A DNA stretch of 64,000 nt from an uncultured Lachnospiraceae bacterium (lineage in GTDB: Bacteria; Bacillota; Clostridia; Lachnospirales; Lachnospiraceae): assembly GCA_910579225.1 (NCBI GenBank), contig CAJTTI010000003.1, positions 99,150 through 163,149 of the forward strand, written 5' to 3'. The notes beneath the pieces were generated by a model. That model searched no databases. It was not told the DNA's origin and saw nothing but the letters and a program-made list of their open reading frames with translations. How positions within the stretch are numbered: position 1 is the first letter of the stretch; every line of letters begins with the position of its first letter. The translations under genes and the position numbers were made by a program. Shown in pieces: positions 10,176-19,682 of the stretch.

Positions 10176-10937
10176 TCAGCTTCCCAGTCGATAACATGTG
10201 CCTGCTGTCTGACAGTATACAGGACGTGCCAAGCCATCCCGGGCTTCCTGGCAGATCTTAACCGTACTGGAGATCCAGTTTCCGGGATCCAGTTCGGGTG
10301 AAGGAAGATGAACCAAAAATATCTGGTCAGGAGAAAAAGATTCAGCCAGACATTTTCTGGCTGATTTCAGTCCGAGAAAAGGGAATGGGCATATCAGCAC
10401 ATCTATCTTTTGCGTGTACTGTCTCAGACGGCGGTAGAAAGATTCCCCGGGACGGGCGTCGCCTGTAATCAGCAGATGCTTTTGGTCTGTTTCCACAAGC
10501 AGGCTGTCGTGTTCGGTTTTTAATGCTTCATTTCCCATGTGACTGGAACGGATTCTGCGGATCCGGACGTTAGCATGTTCCCATAGAGGATTTTCGCCCT
10601 GAGAGGTTTCCGACAGAAAACGCCCAGGAGAAATGAACTCTTCTTTTATCAGTTCTTCCTGTGTCTTTTTTGTACCCCAAAATAACGTATGTTCATGCCT
10701 GCGGAGATAATCTCCGGTTTTCTTACATGAAAAATGATCATGATGTTCGTGTGTAACGGTCAGAAGCTCCACTATGGGGAAAAAACAGCCTTCCATCAAC
10801 AAATTTCTGTGATTTTCCATCAATCCCATGTACGGAGAGATGTTTTCTCCTGTAAAAATGTCGAATCCTATATTTATATCCTCTGTCTCGAGGATAATTC
10901 CTGCATTGCTCATATACCATATGTTCAGTTTCTGCAT
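10176..10937 (-). CDS. MBL-fold metallo-hydrolase
   Basis: THEHHDH (HxHxDH) motif, later H, TGD and VH ligands. Confidence 0.8.
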   Translation of the reverse strand: MQKLNIWYMSNAGIILETEDINIGFDIFTGENISPYMGLMENHRNLLMEGCFFPIVELLTVTHEHHDHFSCKKTGDYLRRHEHTLFWGTKKTQEELIKEEFISPGRFLSETSQGENPLWEHANVRIRRIRSSHMGNEALKTEHDSLLVETDQKHLLITGDARPGESFYRRLRQYTQKIDVLICPFPFLGLKSARKCLAESFSPDQIFLVHLPSPELDPGNWISSTVKICQEARDGLARPVYCQTAGTCYRLGS

Positions 10938-11098
10938 TGTTTCCCTGCGATTGTTTTCTTTTTATTATAAGACAATTCAAAGAAAATAACAATGTGCGGG
11001 ATATATGAAAAAGAATGGAAAATATGGAGCTTCAGTATAATTCGGAAAAACAGTCACAATAGTAAAATTTTAACAAAAAACAGAAGGAGGTTCAAACT

Positions 11099-12727
11099 AT
11101 GACACTACGTGAACTGTTAAAAACTAAAGAACTGAGCGATCTGAAAATTATCAATAAAAATGCGGATCTGGACAGGATTGTGTCTACAGTGGAGTCTACA
11201 GAGACTCCGGATGTTGCAGGATATCTGCCGAAAAATGCGCTGTTGATCACAACTGCCATGGCATATAAAGAGGACCAGAAGGAATTGTGCAGGCTGATTG
11301 AAAGTCTGGATCAACTGCCTTGTGCGGGTATGGCTGTAAAGATCGGAAGATTTATTGATGAGCTGAGTCAGGAAGTTATTGATCAGGCTGATGCTCTTGG
11401 ATTCCCGTTGTTGCAGATTCCCATGTATCAGACTTTGGGAGAAGTTTATCATCGTGTATTGGCGTGCATTTGGGGAAATGAAAACGAGGATCTTTTATAT
11501 GCACTGAATGTACAGAAAGTATTTTACGACTTGATTTTGCAGCGGGCTTCCATGGGAAAACTGGTGCATACTTTGGGAATGATACTAAAACAGCCGGTAA
11601 TGATCTTCAGCCTCTTTGGAGAATTATGCGGTTCCAGCAATACAGGCAAAAAAGAAGAAAAAGTGATGGAAACGATGTATCAGGAGCTTTTGTTGGAGAT
11701 CAGAGGACTGAAATATTCCCAAACGTTCAAAATGAAAGGTTCGGAAAACAGAGAATTTACCATTTATCCCATACAGGCCGCAAGCTATAATACGCATTAC
11801 CTGGTGGTGCTGGAGCAGGAAGAGAAGAAGATGGATGAAGTACTGGGATTTGCGCTTGGGCAGATTCTGCTGATTTTCGGTATTCATTTCTATAAGAGAT
11901 TTTATATGAGTTATAACGAGATTCTCCTGAGAAACCATTTTTTCCAAAACTATATCAGAAGTGGTCAGAAGGATAAGAAATTCATGTATCAGATGGTGTT
12001 GGAAGGGAAAAATTTTGGGTTGGGAATCAGTTCGTATTATAAAGTGGTGATTGCAAAACTGCCGGAAATGGAAGGAAAGATCTTCAATTCCTCCAGATTT
12101 ATGCGCAGGGAGGAGTACTATATCATGATTTATGACTGGCTGAAACATCAGCTGGAGGGACGAAAAAGCGTCTGCCTGACTGTACTGCCGGATATGGAGG
12201 AATGGAGTTATGTGATTATCATTCAGGAGAATCCTTATGCCCTGGAAGAAAAAAAACTGATTAAGATACATGACTGGCTGAAAGAAGTATTGGATACGGA
12301 GATTCTGTTTTCCTGCGGGAACAGTGTATCTGATCTGAATAACCTGGAGAATTCCTATTGGAAGGCAAAGTCGGGATTTCACAATGGGGAGGCCGGGAAA
12401 AAGGCGTCCTATATCTGCTACTACAAGCCGCAGAATATTCTGGAACTGATGGAAGATATTGCAACTACACAGATCAAGGAGGTATGTATCCAGATGCTTC
12501 GGACCCTGGCATATCCCCAGGATGAGATGTCTCTGGAACTCAGAAAAACACTTAAAGTTTACCTGGAGAATCACTGCAGTATTATCAATACTTCTAATAA
12601 ACTGTTTTTGCACAGGAACACAATCCGATACCGTATCAAAAAATGTCAGGAAATACTGGAAAATGACCTGACAGATCCGGATTACTGTTTCCAGCTCCAG
12701 CTTGGGCTGATGTTTACAGAGATCTGA
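11099..12727 (+). CDS. PucR-family transcriptional regulator
   Basis: N-terminal PucR purine-catabolism-type sensor domain (ETPDVAGYLPKNALLITT) and C-terminal HTH LFLHRNTIRYRIKK. Confidence 0.93.
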   Translation: MTLRELLKTKELSDLKIINKNADLDRIVSTVESTETPDVAGYLPKNALLITTAMAYKEDQKELCRLIESLDQLPCAGMAVKIGRFIDELSQEVIDQADALGFPLLQIPMYQTLGEVYHRVLACIWGNENEDLLYALNVQKVFYDLILQRASMGKLVHTLGMILKQPVMIFSLFGELCGSSNTGKKEEKVMETMYQELLLEIRGLKYSQTFKMKGSENREFTIYPIQAASYNTHYLVVLEQEEKKMDEVLGFALGQILLIFGIHFYKRFYMSYNEILLRNHFFQNYIRSGQKDKKFMYQMVLEGKNFGLGISSYYKVVIAKLPEMEGKIFNSSRFMRREEYYIMIYDWLKHQLEGRKSVCLTVLPDMEEWSYVIIIQENPYALEEKKLIKIHDWLKEVLDTEILFSCGNSVSDLNNLENSYWKAKSGFHNGEAGKKASYICYYKPQNILELMEDIATTQIKEVCIQMLRTLAYPQDEMSLELRKTLKVYLENHCSIINTSNKLFLHRNTIRYRIKKCQEILENDLTDPDYCFQLQLGLMFTEI

Positions 12728-12972
12728 TATGCAGGCATGTCTGTTCAGCCAAATATTCGGAATTTCGCCAGATATCATCTGGCCAATATACTGGAATGAT
12801 GTGCCATTTGCTGAAAATAAATCCGGGAAAATGGGTGTATCGTGTGCAATATGGACGAATAATAAAATCGTTTTGTTCAGGGGGGACATATTCTTGGCGG
12901 GAGTGGCTGTATTATAATTTTCTTAATCATTATAACGGTATTTGAATCAAAAAAAGACATGGAGGGCGGCAT

Positions 12973-13941
12973 ATGGATAAGAGTACATTGACAGACATTT
13001 ATAACCGTATGGTCACGATACGGAAATTTGAAGAAAAAGCGCAGACTTTATTTTCTCAGGGACAGCTTGCAGGATTTCTTCATCTGTATATTGGCGAGGA
13101 AGCAGTGGCTGCAGGTGTATGCGCGGCACTGAATGATGATGATTATATTGTAAGTACACACAGAGGTCATGGACATCTGATTGCCAAGGGTGGAGACGTG
13201 AACCGAATCATGGCAGAGCTGTACGGAAAAACCACAGGATACTGCAAAGGAAAAGGCGGCTCCATGCATGTGGCAGACTTTTCTAAAGGGATGCTGGGTG
13301 CTTGTGGAATCGTAGGAGGAGGAATTCCAATCGCAGTGGGAGCTGCTCTGAGCAGCAAGCTGAGAGGAACCGGGCAGGTAGCAGTCTCATTTTTTGGAGA
13401 TGGTGCTTCCAACGAAGGAAGTTTTCATGAATCAGTGAATTTTGCAGCAGTCCAGAAGCTGCCGGTGATCTTCCTGGTGGAAAACAACAGATATGGAGAG
13501 TTTACACCTCAGCACAGAGCTATGAGAGTGGAAGATATTTCATCCAGAGCAACAGGGTATGGGATACCTGGTGTGATTGTGGATGGAATGGATGCGGTAG
13601 AAGTATATAAAGTAACCAGAGAATGGGTTGAAAAGCTGAGAAATGGCGGGGGTCCGGTGATTATTGAAGCAAAAACCCACAGAAAATCCGGGCATTCGGA
13701 AGGGGAGACCGTATTTCTGGACGGACAGAAATACAGACTTGCAGAAGAAGAGAAGATTGCCATGGAGACAGATCCGATTGAAAGTCTCAGGAATTACATA
13801 TTAGAACAGGGCATGGCTGCAGGTCAGGAGCTGGATGAGCTGGAGAAGGCGGCACAGCAGAAGATCGAAGATGCAGTGACATTTGCACAGAACAGTCCGT
13901 TCCCGGAGAAAGAAGAACTGTACACAGATACATGGGTTTGA
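12973..13941 (+). CDS. TPP-dependent dehydrogenase E1 alpha subunit (AcoA/PdhA-like)
   Basis: GFLHLYIGEEA, HRGHGH, GGSMH, TPP motif GDGA...NN. Confidence 0.92.
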   Translation: MDKSTLTDIYNRMVTIRKFEEKAQTLFSQGQLAGFLHLYIGEEAVAAGVCAALNDDDYIVSTHRGHGHLIAKGGDVNRIMAELYGKTTGYCKGKGGSMHVADFSKGMLGACGIVGGGIPIAVGAALSSKLRGTGQVAVSFFGDGASNEGSFHESVNFAAVQKLPVIFLVENNRYGEFTPQHRAMRVEDISSRATGYGIPGVIVDGMDAVEVYKVTREWVEKLRNGGGPVIIEAKTHRKSGHSEGETVFLDGQKYRLAEEEKIAMETDPIESLRNYILEQGMAAGQELDELEKAAQQKIEDAVTFAQNSPFPEKEELYTDTWV

Positions 13942-13951
13942 GGTGAGGAGA

Positions 13952-14920
13952 ATGAGAAAATATTATATTAAGGCAGTGCAGGAAGCTTTATTTGAAGAGA
14001 TGGCCCGTGATGAAAGAGTTTTTCTGATGGGAGAAGATGTGAAAATTGGTTGTTTTGCCGCGACGAGAGGGTTGGCGGCAAAGTTTGGAGAGGAGCGGGT
14101 AATTGACACGCCGATCTCTGAATTGGGTGTTGCCGGGGCCGGCGTAGGGGCAGCGGCAACCGGTATGCGCCCGATTGTGGATCTGATGTTTGGGCAGTTC
14201 TTGATGCTGGCTTATGACCAGGTGTCCAATCAGGCCAATGCCATGCGGTATATGTTCGGTGGACAGACAACCGTACCAGTTACCTATCTGGTGCAGAATG
14301 GTACGGGTTCCTGCTTAGGACCGCACCACAGCAATTCAGTGCATCCGTTGTTTATGAATATTCCTCTTGTAAAAGTAATCATGCCAAGCTGTCCGAAGGA
14401 TGCAAAAGGATTACTGAAATCGGCTATAAGAGATGATAATCCGGTTGTCTTCTTCAATCATACGTCACTGGGCAGTATGAAAGGAGAGGTGCCTGAAGAA
14501 GGGGAATTCCTGATTCCGCTGGGCAAAGGAGAGATCAAAAAGGAAGGCGATCATATTACGCTTTGTGCAGTCGGGCTGATGGTCAACACCTGTCTGAAAG
14601 CTGCAAAGGATCTGGAGAAAGAAGGAATCCACGCAGAAGTGGTGGATCTTCGTACCCTGAAACCATGGGATAAAGAGCTGGTGCTTACAAGTGTGAAAAA
14701 GACAGGAAGGTTCCTGGCAGTGGATGAGAGCTATCATACCTGCGGCGCCGGCGCAGAATGGGTTGCAACCGTGGCAGAGGAGAGCTTTGCAGATCTGAAA
14801 TGTCCGCCTTCGCGGCTGTCTGGAGCGGAGATTCCGGTTCCGTTTAGTCCTGCACTGCAGAAATATGCGGTTCCGGGAAAAGAAGAGATCATCAAGAAAG
14901 TTAAGGAAATGGTTCAATAA
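13952..14920 (+). CDS. TPP-dependent dehydrogenase E1 beta subunit (AcoB/PdhB-like)
   Basis: MGEDV, DTPISE, DAKGLLKSAIRDDNPV, VDLRTLKP; ATG 13952 after GAGGAG. Confidence 0.92.
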   Translation: MRKYYIKAVQEALFEEMARDERVFLMGEDVKIGCFAATRGLAAKFGEERVIDTPISELGVAGAGVGAAATGMRPIVDLMFGQFLMLAYDQVSNQANAMRYMFGGQTTVPVTYLVQNGTGSCLGPHHSNSVHPLFMNIPLVKVIMPSCPKDAKGLLKSAIRDDNPVVFFNHTSLGSMKGEVPEEGEFLIPLGKGEIKKEGDHITLCAVGLMVNTCLKAAKDLEKEGIHAEVVDLRTLKPWDKELVLTSVKKTGRFLAVDESYHTCGAGAEWVATVAEESFADLKCPPSRLSGAEIPVPFSPALQKYAVPGKEEIIKKVKEMVQ

Positions 14921-14947
14921 ACAAATAAAAGAAACGGGGTGAAGATT

Positions 14948-15934
14948 ATGGCGAAAACACCAGTCTATATGCCGAAATTCGGCCTGACAATGGTAGAAGC
15001 TGAAATAATGGAAGTCTATGTGGAAAAAGGAGAGGAAGTGTCTGAAGGGGACCCGTTGTTTTCCATAGAGACAGAGAAGACTACGACGGATATTGAGGCG
15101 CCGTGCGACGGATATGCAACGCAGCCGCTTTTTGAAGTGGGAGACGAAGTTGAAGTAGGGACAGTCCTCATGTACATAGCTGACACGCAGGAAGAGGCAG
15201 AGGAAGAGGCAGAAGAGGAAACATCCGGTGAGGTTTCTGCAAAAGAGGCGCCGGAGCTTCAGCCGGAAGAAAAAGCGGAAGAAGCCGGGGAACCAATCAG
15301 CAGGATGCGCAGGATCATTGCAGATAATATGAAAAATAGCCTTCAGAATACGGCCCAGCTGACGCATTTTAAGACGGTCCGGGTGGACAGTCTGGCAGAG
15401 TATAAGGCAGGCCTTGAGGGCGTCTCTTATAATGATCTGCTTGTGAAGGCTTTCGGAAAAGCTTTGAAAGAGTATGAGAAAGCAAGAGTGCAGTTTGTTG
15501 GTTCCAGGGCGGTTCGAATGGACAAGATTGATATTGGACTTGCTGTGGCGCTGGATGACGGGCTGATTGTTCCCGCGATCCGAAATGTAGATGTGCTCTC
15601 CCTGGAGCAAATTGCAGAGGAAAGAAAACGTCTGGTAAAAGCAGCCAGAGAAAATGCGCTCCAGCCGGAAGATACAGGGAATGCAGTTGCGACTCTTACC
15701 AATCTGGGAATGCAGCAGATTGATTTCTTTACACCAATTTTGAATACGCCGGAGACATTGATTCTGGGTGTGGGCAGAATGATGGAAGTTCCGTGGGTGG
15801 AAGATGGAAAGATCGTTGTGGCCAAAGTGATGGGACTGAGTCTGACCTTTGATCATCAGGTTCTGGATGGCAAGGATGCGGCAGATTTCTTACAGATCTT
15901 TACAGAGTTACTGGAGGATCCGTCCCGGCTTTGA
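14948..15934 (+). CDS. Dihydrolipoamide acyltransferase E2 (one lipoyl domain)
   Basis: Lipoyl motif IETEKTT; catalytic LTFDHQVLDG. Confidence 0.9.
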   Translation: MAKTPVYMPKFGLTMVEAEIMEVYVEKGEEVSEGDPLFSIETEKTTTDIEAPCDGYATQPLFEVGDEVEVGTVLMYIADTQEEAEEEAEEETSGEVSAKEAPELQPEEKAEEAGEPISRMRRIIADNMKNSLQNTAQLTHFKTVRVDSLAEYKAGLEGVSYNDLLVKAFGKALKEYEKARVQFVGSRAVRMDKIDIGLAVALDDGLIVPAIRNVDVLSLEQIAEERKRLVKAARENALQPEDTGNAVATLTNLGMQQIDFFTPILNTPETLILGVGRMMEVPWVEDGKIVVAKVMGLSLTFDHQVLDGKDAADFLQIFTELLEDPSRL

Positions 15935-15964
15935 TCTGCGGGCGGAATCAATGGGGAAGAGGGG

Positions 15965-17497
15965 ATGTCAATGGATGACAAAAGAAAAACATTGCTGGAA
16001 ATGCACCACATCACCAAACGCTTCGCCAATGTAGTGGCAAATGATGATGTAAGCCTGACAGTGGAAGAAGGGGAAATACATGCACTGTTGGGGGAAAACG
16101 GGGCCGGAAAGTCGACACTTATGAATATGTTGTATGGCCTCTTGAAAAGAGATGAAGGTGAGATCATATGGAAAGGAGAGAAAGTCTCCATCCATTCGCC
16201 GGCGGAAGCAATCGAGACCGGGATTGGCATGATCCACCAGCATTTCCAGCTGGTAGAGAAATTTACCGTTCTTGAAAATATTATTTTAGGGAGAAAAGAA
16301 GGGAAATTTATTGAACTTCCCATGGAGAAAGCACAGCAGAAGATCATGGAGCTTTCCAACAGCTATGGATTGGATATCAAACCCAATGCAGTCATAGAGA
16401 ATCTTACAGTGGGTGAACAGCAGAAAGTGGAAATCATAAAAGCGCTGTACCGTAAATCAGATCTGCTGATTATGGATGAGCCGACTGCAGTGCTTACGCC
16501 TCAGGAAGTGACAAAATTGTTTGAAATCCTGAAGCGGCTGAGGAAAGACGGAAAATCAATTATTTTCATCAGCCATAAACTTCCGGAAGTGCTGGAACTG
16601 TGCGACAGTATTTCGATCATGAGAGACGGAAAGATGATCCGTACGCTGCCCAATTCACCGGACCTGGATTCCAGACAACTGGCGTCTTATATGGTGGGCA
16701 GGGATATCAGCCTCAACATTGAAAAAGAAGACATAGAACCGGGAGAAGCGGTACTGATTCTGGAACATGTGTGTGCGGATCCGGTGGCGGAATCTCCGGG
16801 AGTAAGAGATATTACTCTGGAGCTGCGCAGAGGAGAGATTCTCGGGATTGCCGGGGTAGACGGCAACGGCCAGGAGGATCTGTCGGAACTGATTATGGGA
16901 CTTCGGAAGCTGAAAGCAGGGAAGATCACAATACTAGGAGAAGATGCCAGTGAATATGATACGAAGAAAATAAGGCAGATGCCTATCGGGTATATCCCGG
17001 CAGACAGGAATCTGGCGGCATTGGTACTTGATTTCCCGCTGTATCTGAATGTGGCGATTAACCACCCGGACCGGAAACCTTACGGCAGTCGGTGGAAGCT
17101 GAATTACAAGGAGATTATTCAGACTACCAAAAGAAAGATGGAACAATTCCGCGTATCAGCATCCGGCCCCCGGGAACTGGCAGGCAACTTAAGCGGCGGA
17201 AATCAGCAGAAAGTAGTGCTGGCAAGAGAAGTCGGGGAGAAAGTGGATCTGATTGTTGCAGTCTATCCTACAAGAGGTCTGGATATTGACGCTACCCATT
17301 TTGTGTTTGAGACCATGTTAAAAGCCAGAGATGAAGGGGCCGCTGTCCTGTATATCTCCACAGAGCTGGAAGAAATAATGACTTTGAGTGACAGGATTGG
17401 AGTTCTGTATGAAGGGACTCTAATGGATATCATGCCAGGAAAGGAAGCCAGTGTGGAGAAGATTGGGCTGCTTATGGCCGGAGAGCGGGTGTCATAA
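15965..17497 (+). CDS. ABC ATPase with two NBDs, nucleoside/BMP-type importer
   Basis: GENGAGKST, MIHQHF, DEPTAVLTPQE, LSGGNQQK, PTRGLD. Confidence 0.93.
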   Translation: MSMDDKRKTLLEMHHITKRFANVVANDDVSLTVEEGEIHALLGENGAGKSTLMNMLYGLLKRDEGEIIWKGEKVSIHSPAEAIETGIGMIHQHFQLVEKFTVLENIILGRKEGKFIELPMEKAQQKIMELSNSYGLDIKPNAVIENLTVGEQQKVEIIKALYRKSDLLIMDEPTAVLTPQEVTKLFEILKRLRKDGKSIIFISHKLPEVLELCDSISIMRDGKMIRTLPNSPDLDSRQLASYMVGRDISLNIEKEDIEPGEAVLILEHVCADPVAESPGVRDITLELRRGEILGIAGVDGNGQEDLSELIMGLRKLKAGKITILGEDASEYDTKKIRQMPIGYIPADRNLAALVLDFPLYLNVAINHPDRKPYGSRWKLNYKEIIQTTKRKMEQFRVSASGPRELAGNLSGGNQQKVVLAREVGEKVDLIVAVYPTRGLDIDATHFVFETMLKARDEGAAVLYISTELEEIMTLSDRIGVLYEGTLMDIMPGKEASVEKIGLLMAGERVS

Positions 17498-17499
17498 AG

Positions 17500-18600
17500 A
17501 TGGAAAAAGCAAAGATGAAAAATAAAAAGTCAATACTGGATATTATATTGGGACTCAGTCCTGTGGTTGGAGCCTGCGTGGGTATTCTGGCCGGGGCCTT
17601 ATTTGTAACTTTGTGGGGCGTGAATCCGGCTACGTTTTTCGTGGAGCTTGTAAAAGGAGCATTTGGAAACAGCCTGGCGATTGGTGGTACTCTGAATAAT
17701 GCCGCACCTCTTCTGGTTGCAGGAGCCGGTACAGCCATTGCTTTTAAAGCAGGTGCCAATAATATTGGCCAGGAAGGGCAGTTGTTTACAGGGGGACTGG
17801 CGGCGGCTGTGATTGCGCTTATGATGCCTGCCCTGCCCAGAGTAGTTGGAATTCCTTCCATATTGTTGCTGTCATTTGTATTTGGAATGATTTTTGTCAG
17901 TATCGCAGTGTTTTTTCGGCTTGTCAAAGGAGTTAATGAGCTTCTGATTACGCTTCTTCTGAACTATATTGGTAAGTTGTTTGTATCGGCGATGGTAAAT
18001 GGACCTTTTAAGTCGGAAACAAATGTTAGCTTTCCTCAGACGGATACGTTTGGGTCTCAGTTCCTCCTTAAAAACTGGCCCCAGATGGGATATATGCATA
18101 CTGGTATCTTTATTGCTTTGGTTGTAATTGCGGTTACCGGATATTACATGTGGTGTACACCTGCAGGCCTGCGTATCCGTACTGCGGGGCTTTCCCCGAT
18201 GGCGTCAAAGACCGCCGGAAATAATCCCACAAAGCTGTTTATTCTGGCAATGCTGATCAGTGGCGGCTTGTGTGGGATGGCTGGCGGAATCGAAGTAATC
18301 GGACGCAGCGACTGTCTGAGGCAGGGATTTGGAGAAAACCTGGGCTTTGAAGCGTTGGCAGTGGCACTTCTTGGAGGAACAAATCCTCTGGGAGTATTAC
18401 CGGCGGGACTGTTTTTTGGAGCTTTGAAAGCAGGAATGCAGTCTATGCAGAGGTCTCTTGGAATACCAAGTGCACTTTTGGATCTGATCAAAGGTGCAAT
18501 TATGATTTCAATTGTAGTAGGTAATGCAATCAAGATTCATATCAGGAACAACAGCAGGAAAAAGTCCCTGAAGAAAAAACAGGAAAGAGGGGAGGAATAA
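17500..18600 (+). CDS. ABC permease (NupB/RnsC-like)
   Basis: Hydrophobic; NIGQEGQ, VNELLITLLLNYI. Confidence 0.9.
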   Translation: MEKAKMKNKKSILDIILGLSPVVGACVGILAGALFVTLWGVNPATFFVELVKGAFGNSLAIGGTLNNAAPLLVAGAGTAIAFKAGANNIGQEGQLFTGGLAAAVIALMMPALPRVVGIPSILLLSFVFGMIFVSIAVFFRLVKGVNELLITLLLNYIGKLFVSAMVNGPFKSETNVSFPQTDTFGSQFLLKNWPQMGYMHTGIFIALVVIAVTGYYMWCTPAGLRIRTAGLSPMASKTAGNNPTKLFILAMLISGGLCGMAGGIEVIGRSDCLRQGFGENLGFEALAVALLGGTNPLGVLPAGLFFGALKAGMQSMQRSLGIPSALLDLIKGAIMISIVVGNAIKIHIRNNSRKKSLKKKQERGEE

Positions 18601-18604
18601 ACGC

Positions 18605-19528
18605 ATGGATATGACAGTTCTGGTTGAATACTTAAATTCGGCGATTCGGGTTTCCGTACCGGTCATATTGATCGCTGTGGGAGTCTGTTATTCGGAGAGA
18701 GCAGGTGTGTTTGCCATGGGCTCCGAAGGGTATATGCTGATCGCTGCATTTGTCAGTGTAGTAACCATGATCTATACAGATAACCATGTTATCAGTGTGC
18801 TGGCTGGTATATTATCCGGAATGGCAGCATCGGGGATTTTTTCTTATTTTACTGTAGTGCTGGGGGCAGATCAGGTCATATGCGGGCTGGGTTCCAATTT
18901 TGTGATGCTTGGCCTTACCAGTTCCCTTCAGAGACTTTTATGGGGAGTGACAGGTATTCCAAGGATTCCGGCTATGAATGCCATACCGATTCCAATTCTG
19001 TCAGATATTCCCTTTATCGGCAGTATGCTGTTCAACCAGCCCATACTTACCTATGTAACTTATTTTCTGATTCCTCTTGTCTGGTGGATTATGTTCAAGA
19101 GTACCTGGGGATTGCAGCTTCGGTCCGTTGGAGAGAATCCGAGCTGTGCAGATACTCTGGGCATCAATGTGGTTAAAACCAGAATCCTGGGGATTGTAAC
19201 AGGAGGCGCTTTCTGCGGCCTGAGCGGTGCGGTACTTTCTCTGTCTCAGGTACAGAGCTTTACGGAAAATATCTCCGGCGGCAGAGGATGGCTGGGGCTG
19301 ATCGCGGCTACATTTGGAGGATGGAATCCTGCCGGTGCAGCGGGGGCAGGTCTGATCTTTGGTGCAGCGGAATCTCTGCAGCTTCGTCTTCAGATTATGA
19401 GCAGGATCCACATTTCATCCTATGTGATTCTGATGATTCCGTATCTTGTGGCTCTTTTGTTTATTCTCTTCATCGGAAAATCAAGAAGACATCCGGCTGC
19501 TATGGGTAAGTTCTATAAAAAGCAGTAA
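18605..19528 (+). CDS. ABC permease (NupC/RnsD-like)
   Basis: SERAGV, LRSVGENP...DTLGINV, GRGWLGL. Confidence 0.9.
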   Translation: MDMTVLVEYLNSAIRVSVPVILIAVGVCYSERAGVFAMGSEGYMLIAAFVSVVTMIYTDNHVISVLAGILSGMAASGIFSYFTVVLGADQVICGLGSNFVMLGLTSSLQRLLWGVTGIPRIPAMNAIPIPILSDIPFIGSMLFNQPILTYVTYFLIPLVWWIMFKSTWGLQLRSVGENPSCADTLGINVVKTRILGIVTGGAFCGLSGAVLSLSQVQSFTENISGGRGWLGLIAATFGGWNPAGAAGAGLIFGAAESLQLRLQIMSRIHISSYVILMIPYLVALLFILFIGKSRRHPAAMGKFYKKQ

Positions 19529-19532
19529 CTGT

Positions 19533-19667
19533 AAACAGCATCTGTGGAACGGGTGCAAAACTCTAAAACAGTATCTGCCCAGGCAGGGCCGGGAGGATTT
19601 CAGGCACGGATGTGGCCGAAGATTTTCCGGACAAGAGGCTTTGTAAGTGGGAGATGCGGAACTCTAA
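19533..19667 (+). other. Paired AAAYA-hairpin-RGAACT intergenic motif upstream of the BMP gene RBS
   Basis: aaacagcatctg...gtgcaaaactctaa followed by aaacagtatctg...agatgcggaactctaa, then caggagg. Confidence 0.6.
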
Positions 19668-19682
19668 CAGGAGGTTTTTACA

